Below, one piece after another: positions 47,751 to 63,817 of a stretch of DNA of 64,000 nt. The stretch lies in assembly GCF_009914755.1 (NCBI RefSeq), contig NC_060939.1; one strand, given 5' to 3'. The notes below the pieces were generated by a model that made no database searches, was not told the DNA's origin, and was given only the letters and a program-made list of their open reading frames with translations. The stretch is from the human T2T-CHM13v2.0 reference genome, Homo sapiens. The position numbers and the translations under genes were made by a program. The stretch's first letter is position 1; every line of letters starts with the position of its first letter.

Positions 47751-47889
47751 AGGCCTAGAGTTACTAAAGAACATGGCAAAGTCTGGAAAGAGGAAGTGTC
47801 TCTGGGGACTCCAGCAGGGAATTTCAGGGGCAGTGATAACAGGTGATGCTGGAGAAGTAATCAGGGGCTGGAATAGGGTGGGCCTTGTG

Positions 47890-50004
47890 TGCCTGTCCCT
47901 TTCTGGATCATCCCTGAAGGACAGTGGTGGAGGGAAGTCCTCCAAGTGGGCATAACTTTGAGTGATGTACCTGGTTGTTCACTGTGGTTGAAAGGAGGAA
48001 TGGTCGGACATGTGATTCTATACTGATTCATGGCTGTGGCCATGGTTTGGCTCGATAGTCAGGAACTTGGAAGGAACATGATTAGAAAACTGATGACAAG
48101 AAAATTTGGGGAAGAGGTATGTGGACAGACCTCTATGAATGAGCAAAAAATGTGAAGATATTTGTATTCTATATTAATGCCTATCGAAGGGTGGCCTCAG
48201 CAGAGGATTTTGATCATCAAGTGGCTAAGATGACTTGTCTGTGGCTATCAGTCAGCCTCTTTCCTTAGCCCCTTCTGTCATTGCCCAGTGGTTCCTGAAT
48301 GAAGTGGCCATGGTGATAGGGATGAAGGTTATGCATGGGCTCAGCAACGACGACTTTCATTCAGCAAGGCCAACCTGCCTAGAGCCACCACTGAGTGCCC
48401 AATCTGCCAGCAGAATAAACCAACACTGACTCCTTGATATGGCACCATTCTCTGGGGTGACCAGCTGCCTACCTGGCAGCTGGTTGATTACACTGGACCC
48501 CTTCCATCATGGAAAGGCCAACATTTCATCCTTAATGGAATAGACTCTTACTCTGAATATGGATTTGCCTTCCATTGCATGCAATACTTCTGCCAAAATA
48601 CCATCTGTGAACTTATAGGATACTTTATCCAACATCACAGTATTACACACAGCACAGCTGTGAGATTGAGGAACTTGCTTCACTTGAATGAAGTGTGGTA
48701 ATGAGCCCCATGCTTGTGGAATTCACTGGTTTTACCATGTTCCCCACCATCCTGAAGCAGCTGGATTGATAGGATGGTGGAATGGCCTTTAGAAGACTCA
48801 GTCACAGTGCCAGGTAGGTGACATTACCTTGTTGGACTGGGGCAAGGTTCTCCAGGAAGCTGTATATGCTGAGAATCAGTGTCCAATATTAGTACTCTTT
48901 CTCCCATAGCCATGAATCACAGGTCCAGAAATCAAGAGGTTACTATCACCCCTAGTGACCCACTAACAAAATTTTTCCTTTGTCCCTGTGACCTTTTGCT
49001 CTGCTAGCCTAAATGTCTTAGGTCTAAGTGGAGGAATGCTTCCACCAGGAGACAGCAATTATCCCATTCAACAAGAAGTTAAGACTGCCACCTGGCCACT
49101 TTGGGCTTCTCAGACCTCTAAATTAACAGGCAAAGAAAGTTACTGTGCTTGTGGAGGTGATTGATCCTGACTACAAAGGAGAGATTGGACTGCTACTCCA
49201 TAATGGAGGTAAGGAAGAGTATGTCTGGAATATGTAAGATTCCTTACAGCATGTCTTAGTATTAGCATGCTCTGTGATTAAAGTCAATAGAAAATTACAG
49301 TTAGTCTCTGACTTATGATGGTTCGACTTATGACTTTTTGACTTTACCATGCAAAGCAATAGGTATTCAGTGCTTTCCTAAACTTACCACGGGACTATAT
49401 GCAGATAAGCCCATTGTAAATTGAGCCCCATTATAAAGCCAGGAACATTCGTACAAAAACCCAATCCAGGCAGGACTACTCATGGCTCAGACCTTTGAGG
49501 AATGAAAGTTTCAGTCACCATCACCAGGTAAAGAACCACGACCAGCTGAGGTGCTTGCTGAGGGTAAAGGGAATATGGAATGAGTAGTGGAAGAAGGTTG
49601 TTATAAATACCAGCTGTGACCATGTGGTCAGTTACAGAACGGAGGACTGTAATTGTTATAAGCATTTCCTTCTTATTTTGTTATATGTTTATGTGTGTGT
49701 ACAAATATCTTTCTTCCTCTTATTCTTTGATCATGTAACATAAGATGTATTGACTTTATATCATAGAATTTAAGTATTGTTAGCTTTCCATCATAGTATT
49801 TAAGTTATAGGATATCAAAGAGAAGAGTAAACATCACTCGAGGAGTCTGCATCCTCTTCTGGGGAAAGGGTTGGTGCCTCTTTGATTGTATGCAGGATAG
49901 TTGTATCATGTTAGGTAGAAGTATGACTTTTTACCCTCTTTATCTGGAGATTAAGTATAGTTTAAGGAAATGTGTATGGGTGCCAAGTTGACAAAAGGTA
50001 GACT
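47890..50004 (+). mobile_element. ERV-L internal region: decayed RNase H, integrase, dUTPase and 3' region
   Basis: Translated motifs LKDSGGGKSSKWA, GRGMWTDL, GDQLPTWQLVDYTGPLPSWKG, VPHHPEAAGLI, KLRLPPGHFGLL, VIDPDYKGEIGLLLHNGG; many stops. Confidence 0.92.
49298..49451. mobile_element. MER47/Tigger-type MITE nested in the ERV-L
   Basis: cagttagtctctgacttatgatggttcgacttatg start, TA dinucleotide on both sides; ERV-L sequence resumes after it. Confidence 0.75.
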
Positions 50005-50756
<752 letters not shown>

Positions 50757-52254
50757 AGGGCCCCTAAGACAATGGGACAAGCTGATTCCTCATAATCTGA
50801 AGTAGATAAATGGAGTAGGGGTGAGGAGGCTTTAGAGTCACCTGATGACACTGCTGCACATCAGGGTATTTAAATACAAGGAAGAGGGCCCTTTGTTTTC
50901 ACATGCCCCAGTCTGCCCACCTAACTCTAGGGCTAGCAAGATACCTATGGGAGCCCATTTTCCTGGGGGCCAGCCTTAGGGAGTGAGTCTCCACTGCTTT
51001 CTCCACTAAGGGGGGATGTGCCCCTGATGTTGAGCTTAGGTAGACCCCTCCCTCAGAGATCACCTGGAATGTTCCTGTCAGGTCTCTCAGATGAGGAAAC
51101 TGAGGCCCAGCAGGGGAAGGGACCTACCCAAGTTTGCTGAGTTACATTTAGAACTACGGTAATTACATATCAGAACTAAAATTGATTGTCAGGTTCTTAC
51201 TCTAGTGCACCGAGCATGAACACACCATACTGCTCAGCTATTTTTTACCTCAGTTTATTTATTGTTTTATTCAGAAGAGGACCCCTATGCTGAAAAGCAC
51301 AGAGCTAAAAGGGAATTGATTTAGCTTTTTGTACTCAAAAGGTGAGTTTTTAAAATATTCAAGGGATGGTTACTGATCTAAAGGGCTTTACTGTCCCATC
51401 AAGTTAAACATTTTGATGAACAGTGTGATTGTAAACTGTAATTCCTAATGTCATGAGGTGGTTAACAAAAATTTGAACAATAATCAGTGACAAGTACTCT
51501 TACAATGGTTATAAATCAAAACATCCTGCTCCATTTTGTGTTTTAATTGCAGAGGTGTTCAAAATTAGTCACATAGCACAGCAAAGATTTAATGCTATTT
51601 AAGCTATCACCAGAAATATGTACAAAAAATTACAAGGCTACACTGACAGTTTAATTGGTGATTGAGGAAATTTGGGGTGCTACAGTCTTTTCTCGAATAT
51701 TTTGAGGTATAGTCAACCTTAAAGGTGAGGTCCAGATAAGAGGCTCTCGAGCTTTTTGGGCTTCTATACTGTATAATTTTGGGAATGTTAAATCTTTTCT
51801 GAAGTCTAACTGCTGATGTCCCTAGTTTACCAGATATTATATGCCATGAGAAGTATATTGAGTACCTTATTAAGCCAGGGTTAATGAAGTAAAATTTATA
51901 TATCTAGGCTCCCATCTTAAGATAGAAAAAAAAGCTGTTGAGGTCTTCAAGTAATTCTACCGTTTTTATTTCTATTTAAAATGTTTTCAAATTTAGCATC
52001 ATTATTTTATATCATTAGATTGAGAGATTACCTTGTTGAGAATTTTCATGCCTATGACAACTATAGTGATGTATCCTTTTTCATTCCAGATATTGATTTA
52101 TTTGTGCCTTCTTCTTGATTAATCTTGCCACAGATTTATCAATTTTATTGTTCTTTGTATAGACTTAACTTTTGATTCTTTGATCTCTCAACTGTTCTTT
52201 GTTTCTTTACTTCATTAATTTTTGCTCTTATTTTCATCACTTCCTTCCTTCTAC

Positions 52255-52547
52255 TTTTTTTTTTTCTTTTTTTTTGAGACGGAGTCTTGCTCTGTCGCCC
52301 AGGCTGGAGTGCAGTGGTGTGATCTCAGCTCACTGCAAGCTCCGCCTCCTGAGTTCACACCATTCTCTTGCCTCAGCCTCCCGACTACAGGTGCCCACCA
52401 CTACGCCCGGCTAATTTTTTTATATTTTTAGTAGAGATGGGGTTTCACCATGTTATCCAGGATGGTCTCAATCTCCTGACCTCGTGATCCACCTGTCTCG
52501 GCCTCCCAAAGTGCTGGGATTACAGGCGTGAGCCACCGCGCCTGGCC
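52255..52547 (-). mobile_element. AluY/Sc8-like
   Basis: ctgcaagctccgcc; small internal deletion near 52383. Confidence 0.92.
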
Positions 52548-52828
52548 AGACTTCTGTTTTTCTAATATATGCATTTAAAATCATAAATTTCCTTCTAAGC
52601 CTAGCTTTAGCTGCATCCCACACATTGTGATGTCATATACTTATTATCATTTAATTCAAATTATTTTACAGTTTCCACTGTGGTTCTTCTTTGACCTGTA
52701 GGTTATTTAGATGTATATTACTTAATGTCCAAACATTTGGGAGTTTTAAAAAGTTATGTTTTTGATACTAATCTATAGGTAATTTTTACTGTGATCTTAG
52801 AACATGTCCTGTATAATCTCAACACTCT

Positions 52829-53195
<367 letters not shown>

Positions 53196-53486
53196 CTACC
53201 GGGTGCGGTGGCTCACGCCTGTAATCCCAGTACTTTGGGAGGCCTTGGCGGTCAGATCACTTGATGTCAGGAGTTTGAGACCAGCCTGGCCAACATGGTG
53301 AAACTCTGTCTCTACTAAAAATACAAAAATTAGCCAGGCATGGTGATGCATGCCTGTAATCACAGCTACTTGGGAGGCTGAGGCATGAGAATCACTGGAA
53401 CTCAGGAGGCAGAGGCTGCAGTGAGCCAATATTGCACCACTGCACTCCAGCCTGGGCAACAGAGCGAGACTCTGTCTCAAAAATAA
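53196..53486 (+). mobile_element. AluS (Sz/Sx-like)
   Basis: Full dimer. Confidence 0.92.
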
Positions 53487-53569
53487 ATTTTTTTTTTGAA
53501 CCAACATTATATGGTCAATTTTGGAAAAGCATTCCCATGTACACTTGAAAAGAATGTGGATTTGCTATA

Positions 53570-53996
53570 GACAATAGCAAAGACATGAAATCAACCTAGG
53601 TGCTCATCAACAGTGGATTGGATAAAGAGAATGTGGTAGATATACACCATGGAATACTAAGCAGCCATACAAAAGAATGAGATTATGTGCTTTGCAGGAG
53701 CATGGATGCAGCTAGAGGTCATTATCCTAAGCAAATTAACATAGAAACAGAGGACCAAATATCATATGCTCTCACTTATAAGTGGGAGCTAAACATTGGG
53801 TACACATGAACATAAAGATGGGAACAACAGACACTGGAGACTCCAAAAGAGGGGAGGTAGGGAAGTGGGGCAAAGGCTGAAGAACTTTCTATCAGGTACT
53901 ATGTTCACTATATGGGTGATGAGATCAGTACAGCATAAGTATATACCCTTGTAAGACACCTGCACATGTGCCCCCTGAATCTAAAATGAAAATTTA
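53570..53996 (+). mobile_element. L1PA15/16-like 3' end
   Basis: acaatagcaaagacatgaaatcaacctaggtg...ccccctgaatctaaaat; TSD aaaagaatgtg(g/c)att. Confidence 0.88.
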
Positions 53997-54958
53997 AAAA
54001 AGAATGTGCATTCTGCATTTATTAGATAAAGTGTGTGTGTAATCAGATTGTTTGTTAAAATCTTCCCATATTGTTACTCATGTTTTGTCTGCTTATTCTA
54101 TCAGTTACTACTACAAGAAGCGTGCTAGTATCTTTTACCATGAGGCAAGGCTGGGCTCTTGTCTTGGTGAGTACTAGCCTACTTCCAAGTCTCCTTTATT
54201 CCTAGAGTCTCAGTTCTTCAGGTGCTTCAAATGAAATCCTGAGTGTTTACCATGCATGGCCATTTCTTCCTGGTGGTCCCGAATATTTACTCCTCCCAGC
54301 TGTATGAGACTGCAGTAAGCTCTACCCAGCTTCTCAGTTGTTCCTTCACAGCTTTCTGTGCAGTGCCGAGTGCCCAGTCTCTCAGCTGTTGCCTTAGAGT
54401 TGACAAGAGCAAGAGTGGTGCCTCCACCAGGCTTGCTAGTCTGTGTCTCCCTCCTCTCCGGGATCTTGGCCCCTCAGGTTCACTGCCTGCATGGCTCTTG
54501 CACAACTTCAAACAGGTTGTATTTTCCTTACTATTATCTAGTTTTAAGCAGGTCTCCCCTTGCTGGAAGTGAAAATCCTTTTTCAGAGAATTTTTATCTC
54601 TTTAAAAAATATGTAAGAATTTAAAATTCAAAAAATTAAGAGTAAGTTGACCCCCAGTGGAAAGAAATACCTTTTTTACAAGGTTCAACTAAGAGCCCAC
54701 ACCACAGATATGATTAACTGTTAATTCGTTTAGTGAGATTTTTCACTCTGTGTTCCTCCTCCCCAATTTTATTTATTATACCAACAACAGTAATAAAGAA
54801 GCAGTTAATAACCCATGATCTCATTCTTCTAAATAAAAACACACCTCTGTTTTTATTTTTATTTTGGGGGACTTACTTTTATAATATGCCCTTTGTTCAT
54901 GCATAAATTCTATCTATGGTGCCATAATTGATGTATTATTTCCCTTAACATCACTTCA

Positions 54959-55294
<336 letters not shown>

Positions 55295-55368
55295 CTATGT
55301 AATCCTAATTTTAATAACTATATCACGTAGCCTGAATTGTCTTATATACTTGTCTTGAAACTTCTATT

Positions 55369-55412
55369 TACTCAGTAAATTGCCTGCGTATCTACTCAGT
55401 AAACTGCCTGCG
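55369..55412. repeat. 24-bp-period tandem duplication
   Basis: tactcagtaaa(t/c)tgcctgcg at 55369 and 55393. Confidence 0.9.
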
Positions 55413-55470
55413 ACCAGTCTTTATTTTTAAAATTGAGTCTATCATAAATACTTAAAAATGGCTTTCCTTA

Positions 55471-55832
<362 letters not shown>

Positions 55833-56944
55833 CTATTTTATTTCTCAAAGTTTTTTCCCCATACAGTTAAATCTGTCACTCTTTTGCCCCTTGTAAATTC
55901 TTATATTGCAGAAAAACCAAACCATAGCTGGCTGTTTGCATTTGCTGAGAATATATTTTAGAGTGCCCACACAGCAAGAGAGTCTATGATTATTGCCCTA
56001 AACCACACCAAGCATCGTGAGGAAATGAGGATGAGGATATGCTCTTGCTCTTGAGTGGCTTGCGCCCTCAAGGGAGTGCTAAGTGTTCCTTGCACATAAG
56101 CTGCTTGTGTTATTCCAAAAGGACCTGGGAAACAGTGTGAAAAAACTTCAGGGGAAAACAAAGTAAGTATTCTCCTTCTTAACTGTCCTTCATATTTGGG
56201 GGGAATCAGGCAAGACTTTGCTGAGAAGTTAAGCGAATAGAAATTGTTAGTAGAGAAGATGGTTCTAGGCAGAGGGAAACGCACGTGTCACAATGTGGAA
56301 GCTTGTGAGAGCATCAAGTGTCAAGGAAGCAAGGCATGCTTAGCATGTAGGGGAATGGAGAGGAATGGAGAACAGTGGCGGCAAAGGTGGCCAAGTGAGG
56401 TTGAAGTCTTTCTTACTTCTTTGCCCAATCAAAATTCCTCTTCTCTGAGTGCTGACATCAGCAAACTGCCTGGAATGAGGTTTGACTCTCTCTGAGGGCT
56501 TTTGAATTTTCAACTGGATTAATCTAACTGGTGTAGAGCATATGGAAAATCTTTTTTAAGTAGGGAACTTCTGTACCTATTCCAGACCATCAGCTCCTCC
56601 TCTCTGGGGTTCCATTCCTATCCTTTCCTTTCTTTTGCAATTTGGACTCAGTAAAAATAAATATTTATTGCTTAAATTGGCACAGAGAACCATGAACATT
56701 TTCATCAGCCAGTTAATGAGAACTTCTGAATACCTCTTTATTAAGAGAACCGAAATTAAATATGAACGCAGATCAGCATTCTCAAGTTGCACGTGGCTGT
56801 TTCAAGAACTCAAATCTCAGCATTACACCATTATGCTAGATGTGGAGCACAGAGAAGTCATTTGATTACTGTCAATTACAGTTCTGAATTGTTGAGTTAT
56901 TATAGCAGAGTATCATTTATTTGTTCTTTTTGGAACAAAATTTA

Positions 56945-57289
<345 letters not shown>

Positions 57290-57540
57290 CTAAAGGTAAA
57301 CTTTCATCATTCTTAATTCTTGCTTTTTTTCCCACGAGTACTATACTACATGTGTCATCCCCATTGTCCCTTCCTGTGTCCATGGCAGAAATTACCAGTT
57401 GATCTTGAGGACTTTACAGTTGAGCCACAATATGGCCTTAAAGCCTTCCCAACCTGAGTGCCAGGCATCACAATTCATGGATTGTATGTGTTTGTGAGAT
57501 GAAACCTATTTACTTCCCCAGCATCATTTCTACATGCTCC

Positions 57541-57688
57541 TTTTTTTATTTTTTTGAGACAGAGTCTCACTTTGTTGCCGGGGTTTCACCATGTTGGCCA
57601 GGATGGTCTCGATCTCCTGGCCTCATGATCCGCCTCCCTGGGCCTCCCAAATTGCTGGGATTACAGGTGTGAACCACCATGCCCAGCC
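57541..57688 (-). mobile_element. AluSc-like with large internal deletion
   Basis: 3' end (gagacagagtctcactttgttgcc) joined directly to left arm (ggggtttcaccatg...). Confidence 0.88.
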
Positions 57689-58312
57689 TCCTTATTTTTT
57701 CTGCCAGAAACCTTATGCTTTGAACATAAGTCTCCAGCTCTGTGGCATTCATACATTTCTTCCCAGTTCATGACACATTTACAGTCTTATTTTCCTCCTC
57801 AATCTTTAGCAATGGAGGACTCTCCTCACATCCCCTTAACAGAAACATCAATGGCAAAATATACAGGTTGGGAATTCCTATACCAGGAACAAATCACCTG
57901 TACAGCAGTATTTTCCAAATGAGGAGAATTCTAAAAAGGAATTTGGAGAAAACAACACATTTCCAAAAATTTTCTTATCTGTGAGATTTCCTGAAAGATT
58001 TTTTTTTTAAGGGTAAATGATGGTAAAAAGATGGCCTTGAAATGGCCCCAACCTTCTGGCACAGAAAGCTTTTTTTTGTAAAGCTTCTGTTTGAGCTCAC
58101 AGCAGACTATTTACACTACAAAAATAGCATATGCTTGTTTATTGTAAAAACAGTCACAAAATACAAAGCAAAATGTGAAAGTCCCCACTTTCCTTTCCAA
58201 CTCCCTAAAGGTAATTACTATTAAAGGATTTTTAAGACAGTCTTCTATGCTTATATAAGTCTATGTGTCTCTCCGCATGTAATGAGAGCATTTTTTAACC
58301 AAGAATGGGATT

Positions 58313-58447
58313 AGCTGGGCTTGGTGGCATGTGCCTGTAGTCCCAGCTACTCAGGAGCCTGAGGCAGGAGGATCGTTTGAGCCCAAGAGTTCGAGTTTAG
58401 CCTGGGCAATGTAGTGAGACCCCCATCTCTAAAAAAAAAAACAAAAA
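58313..58447 (+). mobile_element. FLAM-type monomer
   Basis: Single monomer ending gtgagacccccatctct plus A-tail. Confidence 0.85.
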
Positions 58448-58824
58448 GTAAGATTATAGAAGATGTTATTCTGTGATTTGCTTTATTCCTCATATGATAC
58501 ATGTGTGTATAGATATATATTGTATCTTTCCATGGCAATACATACAATTATACTCCCTTCTATCAGTAGCTGAATAATTTTTCATTATGTGGATGTGCCA
58601 CAATTATTGAACTTTCTACAATTACTAGGCTTTTGCATTATTAAAATGGCACAATATATTAAATATATTTATAAAATGTATATATTTATATATGAAATAT
58701 AAAAGCTCTATATTTAATGTTACATTTCCCTGATCACTATTGAGGTTAAACATTAACATTTCCCCACACATTTATTAACCATTTGCATTTCTTCTATAAA
58801 TTCCTTGTTTATATTCTTTGCTTA

Positions 58825-59156
<332 letters not shown>

Positions 59157-59210
59157 TAATTTTATATAAGGTTGTCATTTTATTGATTTGAACTTGCTTG
59201 AGTGTGTTTG

Positions 59211-59377
59211 CAGTGCTTTTCAATCATGGCCACACACTAGAATCACCCAGGGAACTTTTAAATAACAGGCCCCACCCTGTGAAATACTCTGATTCCAGTG
59301 GGCTGTGGTGATGTCCAGGTGTTGAGTTTTAGACTTTCTAGGTGAGTCTGATGTGCAGTCAAGGTGGAGAGTCCCTG
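59211..59377. mobile_element. MER5-family hAT MITE
   Basis: cacactagaatcacccagggaac...aggtgagtctgatgtgcagtcaagg. Confidence 0.75.
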
Positions 59378-59491
59378 GTCCAGGTGATTTAGATAGCAGT
59401 GGGTGATTAGGTAGGCTAGAACGCAGGGTCACAGGGAATAAGAAGTCAAGGAGCTAAGAGGCCAGGGTGTTGGAAGAATTGTGTATATCGT

Positions 59492-59843
59492 TGCATCAGT
59501 CTGCTTGCGCTGCTGTAAGAAAATACCACAGGTGGATTGGCTTCAACAACAAAATTTTATTTTCTCACAGTGTTGAAAGCTAGAAAGTCCAAAATCAAAG
59601 TCTGGCTGTTTTCCTAGCTTGCAGCCAGACACTTGTCACTGTGTTCTCAAATGGCAGAGAAAGAGGGTGCTCTGGCCACCCTTCATTTTCTTCTGAGGAC
59701 ACTAATTCCATCTTTGGGGTCCCACCCTCATGACCTCATCTAAACCTAATTACCTCCCCGAAGGCCCATCTCCAAATACACATTGGTGGTTAGGGCTTCA
59801 ACATAATACATTTTAGGGGGACACGTACTTTCAGTCCATAACA
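59492..59843 (-). mobile_element. MLT1A0-like MaLR solo LTR
   Basis: caccctcatgacctcatctaaacctaattacctccc, ttagggcttcaacat, ttcagtccataaca end. Confidence 0.88.
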
Positions 59844-60982
59844 GTGGTGTCCACTATTTCATTACTCATGTTGTAATTTTGAGCTCATTATCTTTTTGTC
59901 TTGAGACTTGTTGGTTTTGCTATGTTAATCTTTCTTCTATTGTGCTTGGTTCTCACCTCTGTTCTGTATATTCACTCCACTTTCATTTGTTCCTCTTCAC
60001 AGTCATATCAGTCACAGGTTCAGAGGGCAGCCCATTTGTAGGACCCCATTCATCCGTGTTTACCCCCAAATTAGGAGTAGAAACCCACATCTGGTCATTG
60101 GAGATTAATGGATAAAATACTTTTAGATTGCTTATTCTCAGGCACCCTCATTAGACCTGTACAGTACCCAATTTTTTGGAGAGTTTTTAGGAGGCTGGGT
60201 TAGGTAAGAGCAACTAGTTTTGAAATAGAAGTAGGTGTGCATGCCCTGGAAGCACAGGAAATCCTCAAATCTGACAAGTGATTTCATAATTTGATCCAAA
60301 GCGCCATAGGCTGAAGGCAAGGAGGACAAGTGCAGTGAAAATCAAAGGAAGAGGCAATATGGGGACGTGGTATGCACCCTGCAGAGAAAAGCAGAGGATC
60401 ATCCTAGCCCAGCCTTGCCACCAACTTGCCAAGGGGACCTGGGCCAGCACTGGCCCACCCTGGACTCACTTTATCCTTTGGTAATAGAAGGGGCTGGAGG
60501 GGTTTCTGAGGTCTCTTCCAGCCCTACATGCCTTTAACCAGGAGAACAACATGAAACTCAAAACTCTGCATTTAGAATTTAATTGTCCATGGATACAGTA
60601 AAGTCTACATAGGTATCTTCTCTCTGGTTTATAATTTTTTTTTAAGTAATTAAATCCTTAATTCAGGAGAAAAGAATTGGGACAACTGGGTCTAAAGTGT
60701 GTAGCTTCCGCATCTTTACATCTGCCTGTGGTCCTAGTCGTGGAATATTTGCCAAACAGTAACCACTTTGTTGAGGGCATTTTACCAGGTAATGATGTTT
60801 AAAGTGCAGCATAGTGGCTTTCAAATATGAATACTAAAACATTTAAAATATGCACACATGACATATAGTTCTAGAAAATTTCAAGGAAAGGAGGGTTCTA
60901 TAGTACCAAAATTTATTCACCAATTTCTTGCCTGCCTTCCTTCCTCCCTCCTTTCCTTCCACGAATATATCAGCATCTTCCA

Positions 60983-61087
60983 TGTGCCAATCATCTTAGT
61001 TTGCCCGGGACTTTTCCAGCTTTAACACTGCAAGTCCCGGGTTCTGGGTACCCCTTAGTTCTCAAATAAATGGGGACAGTTTTTCAG
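60983..61087. mobile_element. MER81-like hAT-Blackjack MITE
   Basis: gtttgcccgggactttt...aacactgcaagtcccggg. Confidence 0.65.
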
Positions 61088-61536
61088 GCACTGTACAAAG
61101 CACTGAGTATATAGCAGTAAACAAACAAAAACCAAACAATTATAATAGCTCGTCTATCCCAGGCATTATTTTAAAGACAAAATTTATGAGTAACATAATA
61201 AATCATCCTTTACTCTATCATATACTTTTCCACAAAGAGCTCCTAAATTTGACTTCAAATACAAGTTCCCAGATTACCAAAAGGTAGTTCTATTGTATTT
61301 GAATAGGGTAAAATTAAAACACTGAGATTTATTTATGAAGTAATAATTAACAAAATGTGGAGTTGTCGCAGTACAGTGAAATGGCTAGTTCCCATATAAA
61401 CTCAATATCTATTCAAGACTGTATTAATGACTTAAAGCTAACTTTAAATCATTCTTTCACCTTTTTCTTCAGCAATCAGTTTAATAGCCACGCAATTGAA
61501 AATGTCTGAACAAAATGCTATAAAGAACCGTTCACT

Positions 61537-61812
61537 GGCTGGGCACGGTGGTTCACGTCTGTAATCCCAGCACTTTGGGAGGCCGAGACAGACGGATCAC
61601 GAGGTCAGGATATCGAGATCATCCTGGCTAACACGGTGAAACCCCGTCTCTACTAAAAAATATACAAAAAACGGGCTTGGTGGCGGGCGCCTGCAGTCCC
61701 AGCTACTCGGGAGGCTGAGGCAGGAGAATGGAGTGAACCCGGGAAGCGGCTCTTGGCAGTGAGCCGATATCGTGCCACTGCACTCCAGCCTGCAGCCTGG
61801 GCGACAAAAAAA
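61537..61812 (+). mobile_element. AluY with truncated 3' end
   Basis: Y-type positions; TSD aaagaacc(g/t)ttcact. Confidence 0.93.
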
Positions 61813-61904
61813 AAAGAACCTTTCACTAAAATATAATATACATCCACGTTTTAACTATACAGCTCAATGATTTTTACACGGTGAAAACACTGCATCATTT
61901 TAAA

Positions 61905-62075
61905 GTACTTGCATGTACACCATCTCACTTAACTTTCACAGCCATTCTGGAGATAGGCAAGACAGATGGCATTATTTACAGTTCAAAAACTGAAGCCCAG
62001 GCAAATTAAATGGCTTGTGCAGGATCACTCAGCTAGTAAGAGGCATAGCTGGGATTTGAACCCTGGTCTCTGGGC
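61905..62075 (-). mobile_element. MIR
   Basis: aaactgaagcccagg...cagctagtaagaggcatagctgggatttgaaccc. Confidence 0.8.
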
Positions 62076-63378
62076 TCTTATTGTCAACTCCTGGTCTCCA
62101 TTTTCTATGCTGGAGTAATACGTAAACAGCAGAAAGAATGAGGAAGGAGGGAGGGAAGACAGAGAAACATTACTAAGTCACATTTCTGGGCAGTAGGGCA
62201 CTAAAGAGAATCACTCTGCTTGTTTGCTTTCAGTCAAGAAAAATGTTTAGATATTCAGCACAATCAGACTTAACATTGAGACCTCTTTCATTAAATTTCA
62301 TCATATTCTATAAACAGTAATTTGTCCTCAAATATTCCCAGGGTGATGTAGACAGAACAAATAAGACAGAGTCCTTCTTCAGTGTTAAGACAATAGAGGA
62401 CAAAGAAGATTAAGAATGCACAGTCTTTCTCGTGAGGACTTTGCAATTTGTAGGTGAGACAGTATGCAAATGGCTGCATTTCGAGAGTGATGTAGTGCCA
62501 GAAAGGAGAAAGAAATTACCTCTAGAGAATACCATAGAGGCAGCATTCATGGAGTTGAGGTAGCATGTGAGCTGGGCCTGAGAGGCATTTCATCTGAGAA
62601 GGCAGGGAATGGAGGTTCAGGCAACAGGACCTGAGTCGGTAAAGGCATGGGAATGGGGGTGAGGGTGGGGAAAGAAAGTAAAGGACATTTGTTGCAGAAC
62701 AGTGACTTGTCAATTTAGCTGGGAAGCTGTACTGAAGGAAGACCACGCTTTGGTTCCTTTAGCACATCAAATGCTTTGCCTAGCCGGTCCAACTCCCATC
62801 GTCGCTATACACACCTTTGTTTATGCAATCTACTTTCTCCCAAGAAGCTACCTGAGGGAACCATGGAATTATATACCTGGCAGTTTGAGAACAAAGGTAA
62901 ACAAAGGGCAGACACAGCCTGAGGTCATAGAGTGAGCTGGTAATAACATCACAAATTCCTAAAGGGAAGGGTAGTCTGGTTGCAGCTGCAAACGCCTACA
63001 GGAAGGAGGTAGGCACCTACTCCGGTTCCAGCACGCTCCATTTAATATGCTTTTTCTGACCATGGCAGCAGATCTGGGTACCCAGGAGAGTCCTTCCTTG
63101 CATCTAGGTTTGAGTTCTCAGTAAGAATCAAATTTCCTGCAAGGAGATTCCTCTCAGGGACCCAAGGGCACCTACAAATCGTCAAAGTCATGAGCAAATA
63201 GGCTTCCTCTTGTTCCTTATCTGTCATGAAACAGTTGCTCCCTTTAGTAGATAACCTTTTTGGATTAAATTGACGTCATCTGTACAGATACAAATTTAAA
63301 TAGCCATGCATGTGAGAGAGATAATCATGATGTTCATGTATGTCAGGCAGTGTGCATTTCATTAAAAAAGAGAAACTA

Positions 63379-63743
<365 letters not shown>

Positions 63744-63744
63744 T

Positions 63745-63817
63745 CAGCATCCATAAATAAAGTTTTATTAGAACACAGCCATACTTATTCATTTATCTAT
63801 TTTCTATGGCTGCTTTT
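63745..63817. mobile_element. MER58-like hAT fragment
   Basis: taaataaagttttattagaacacagccatac...tctatggctgcttt. Confidence 0.75.
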
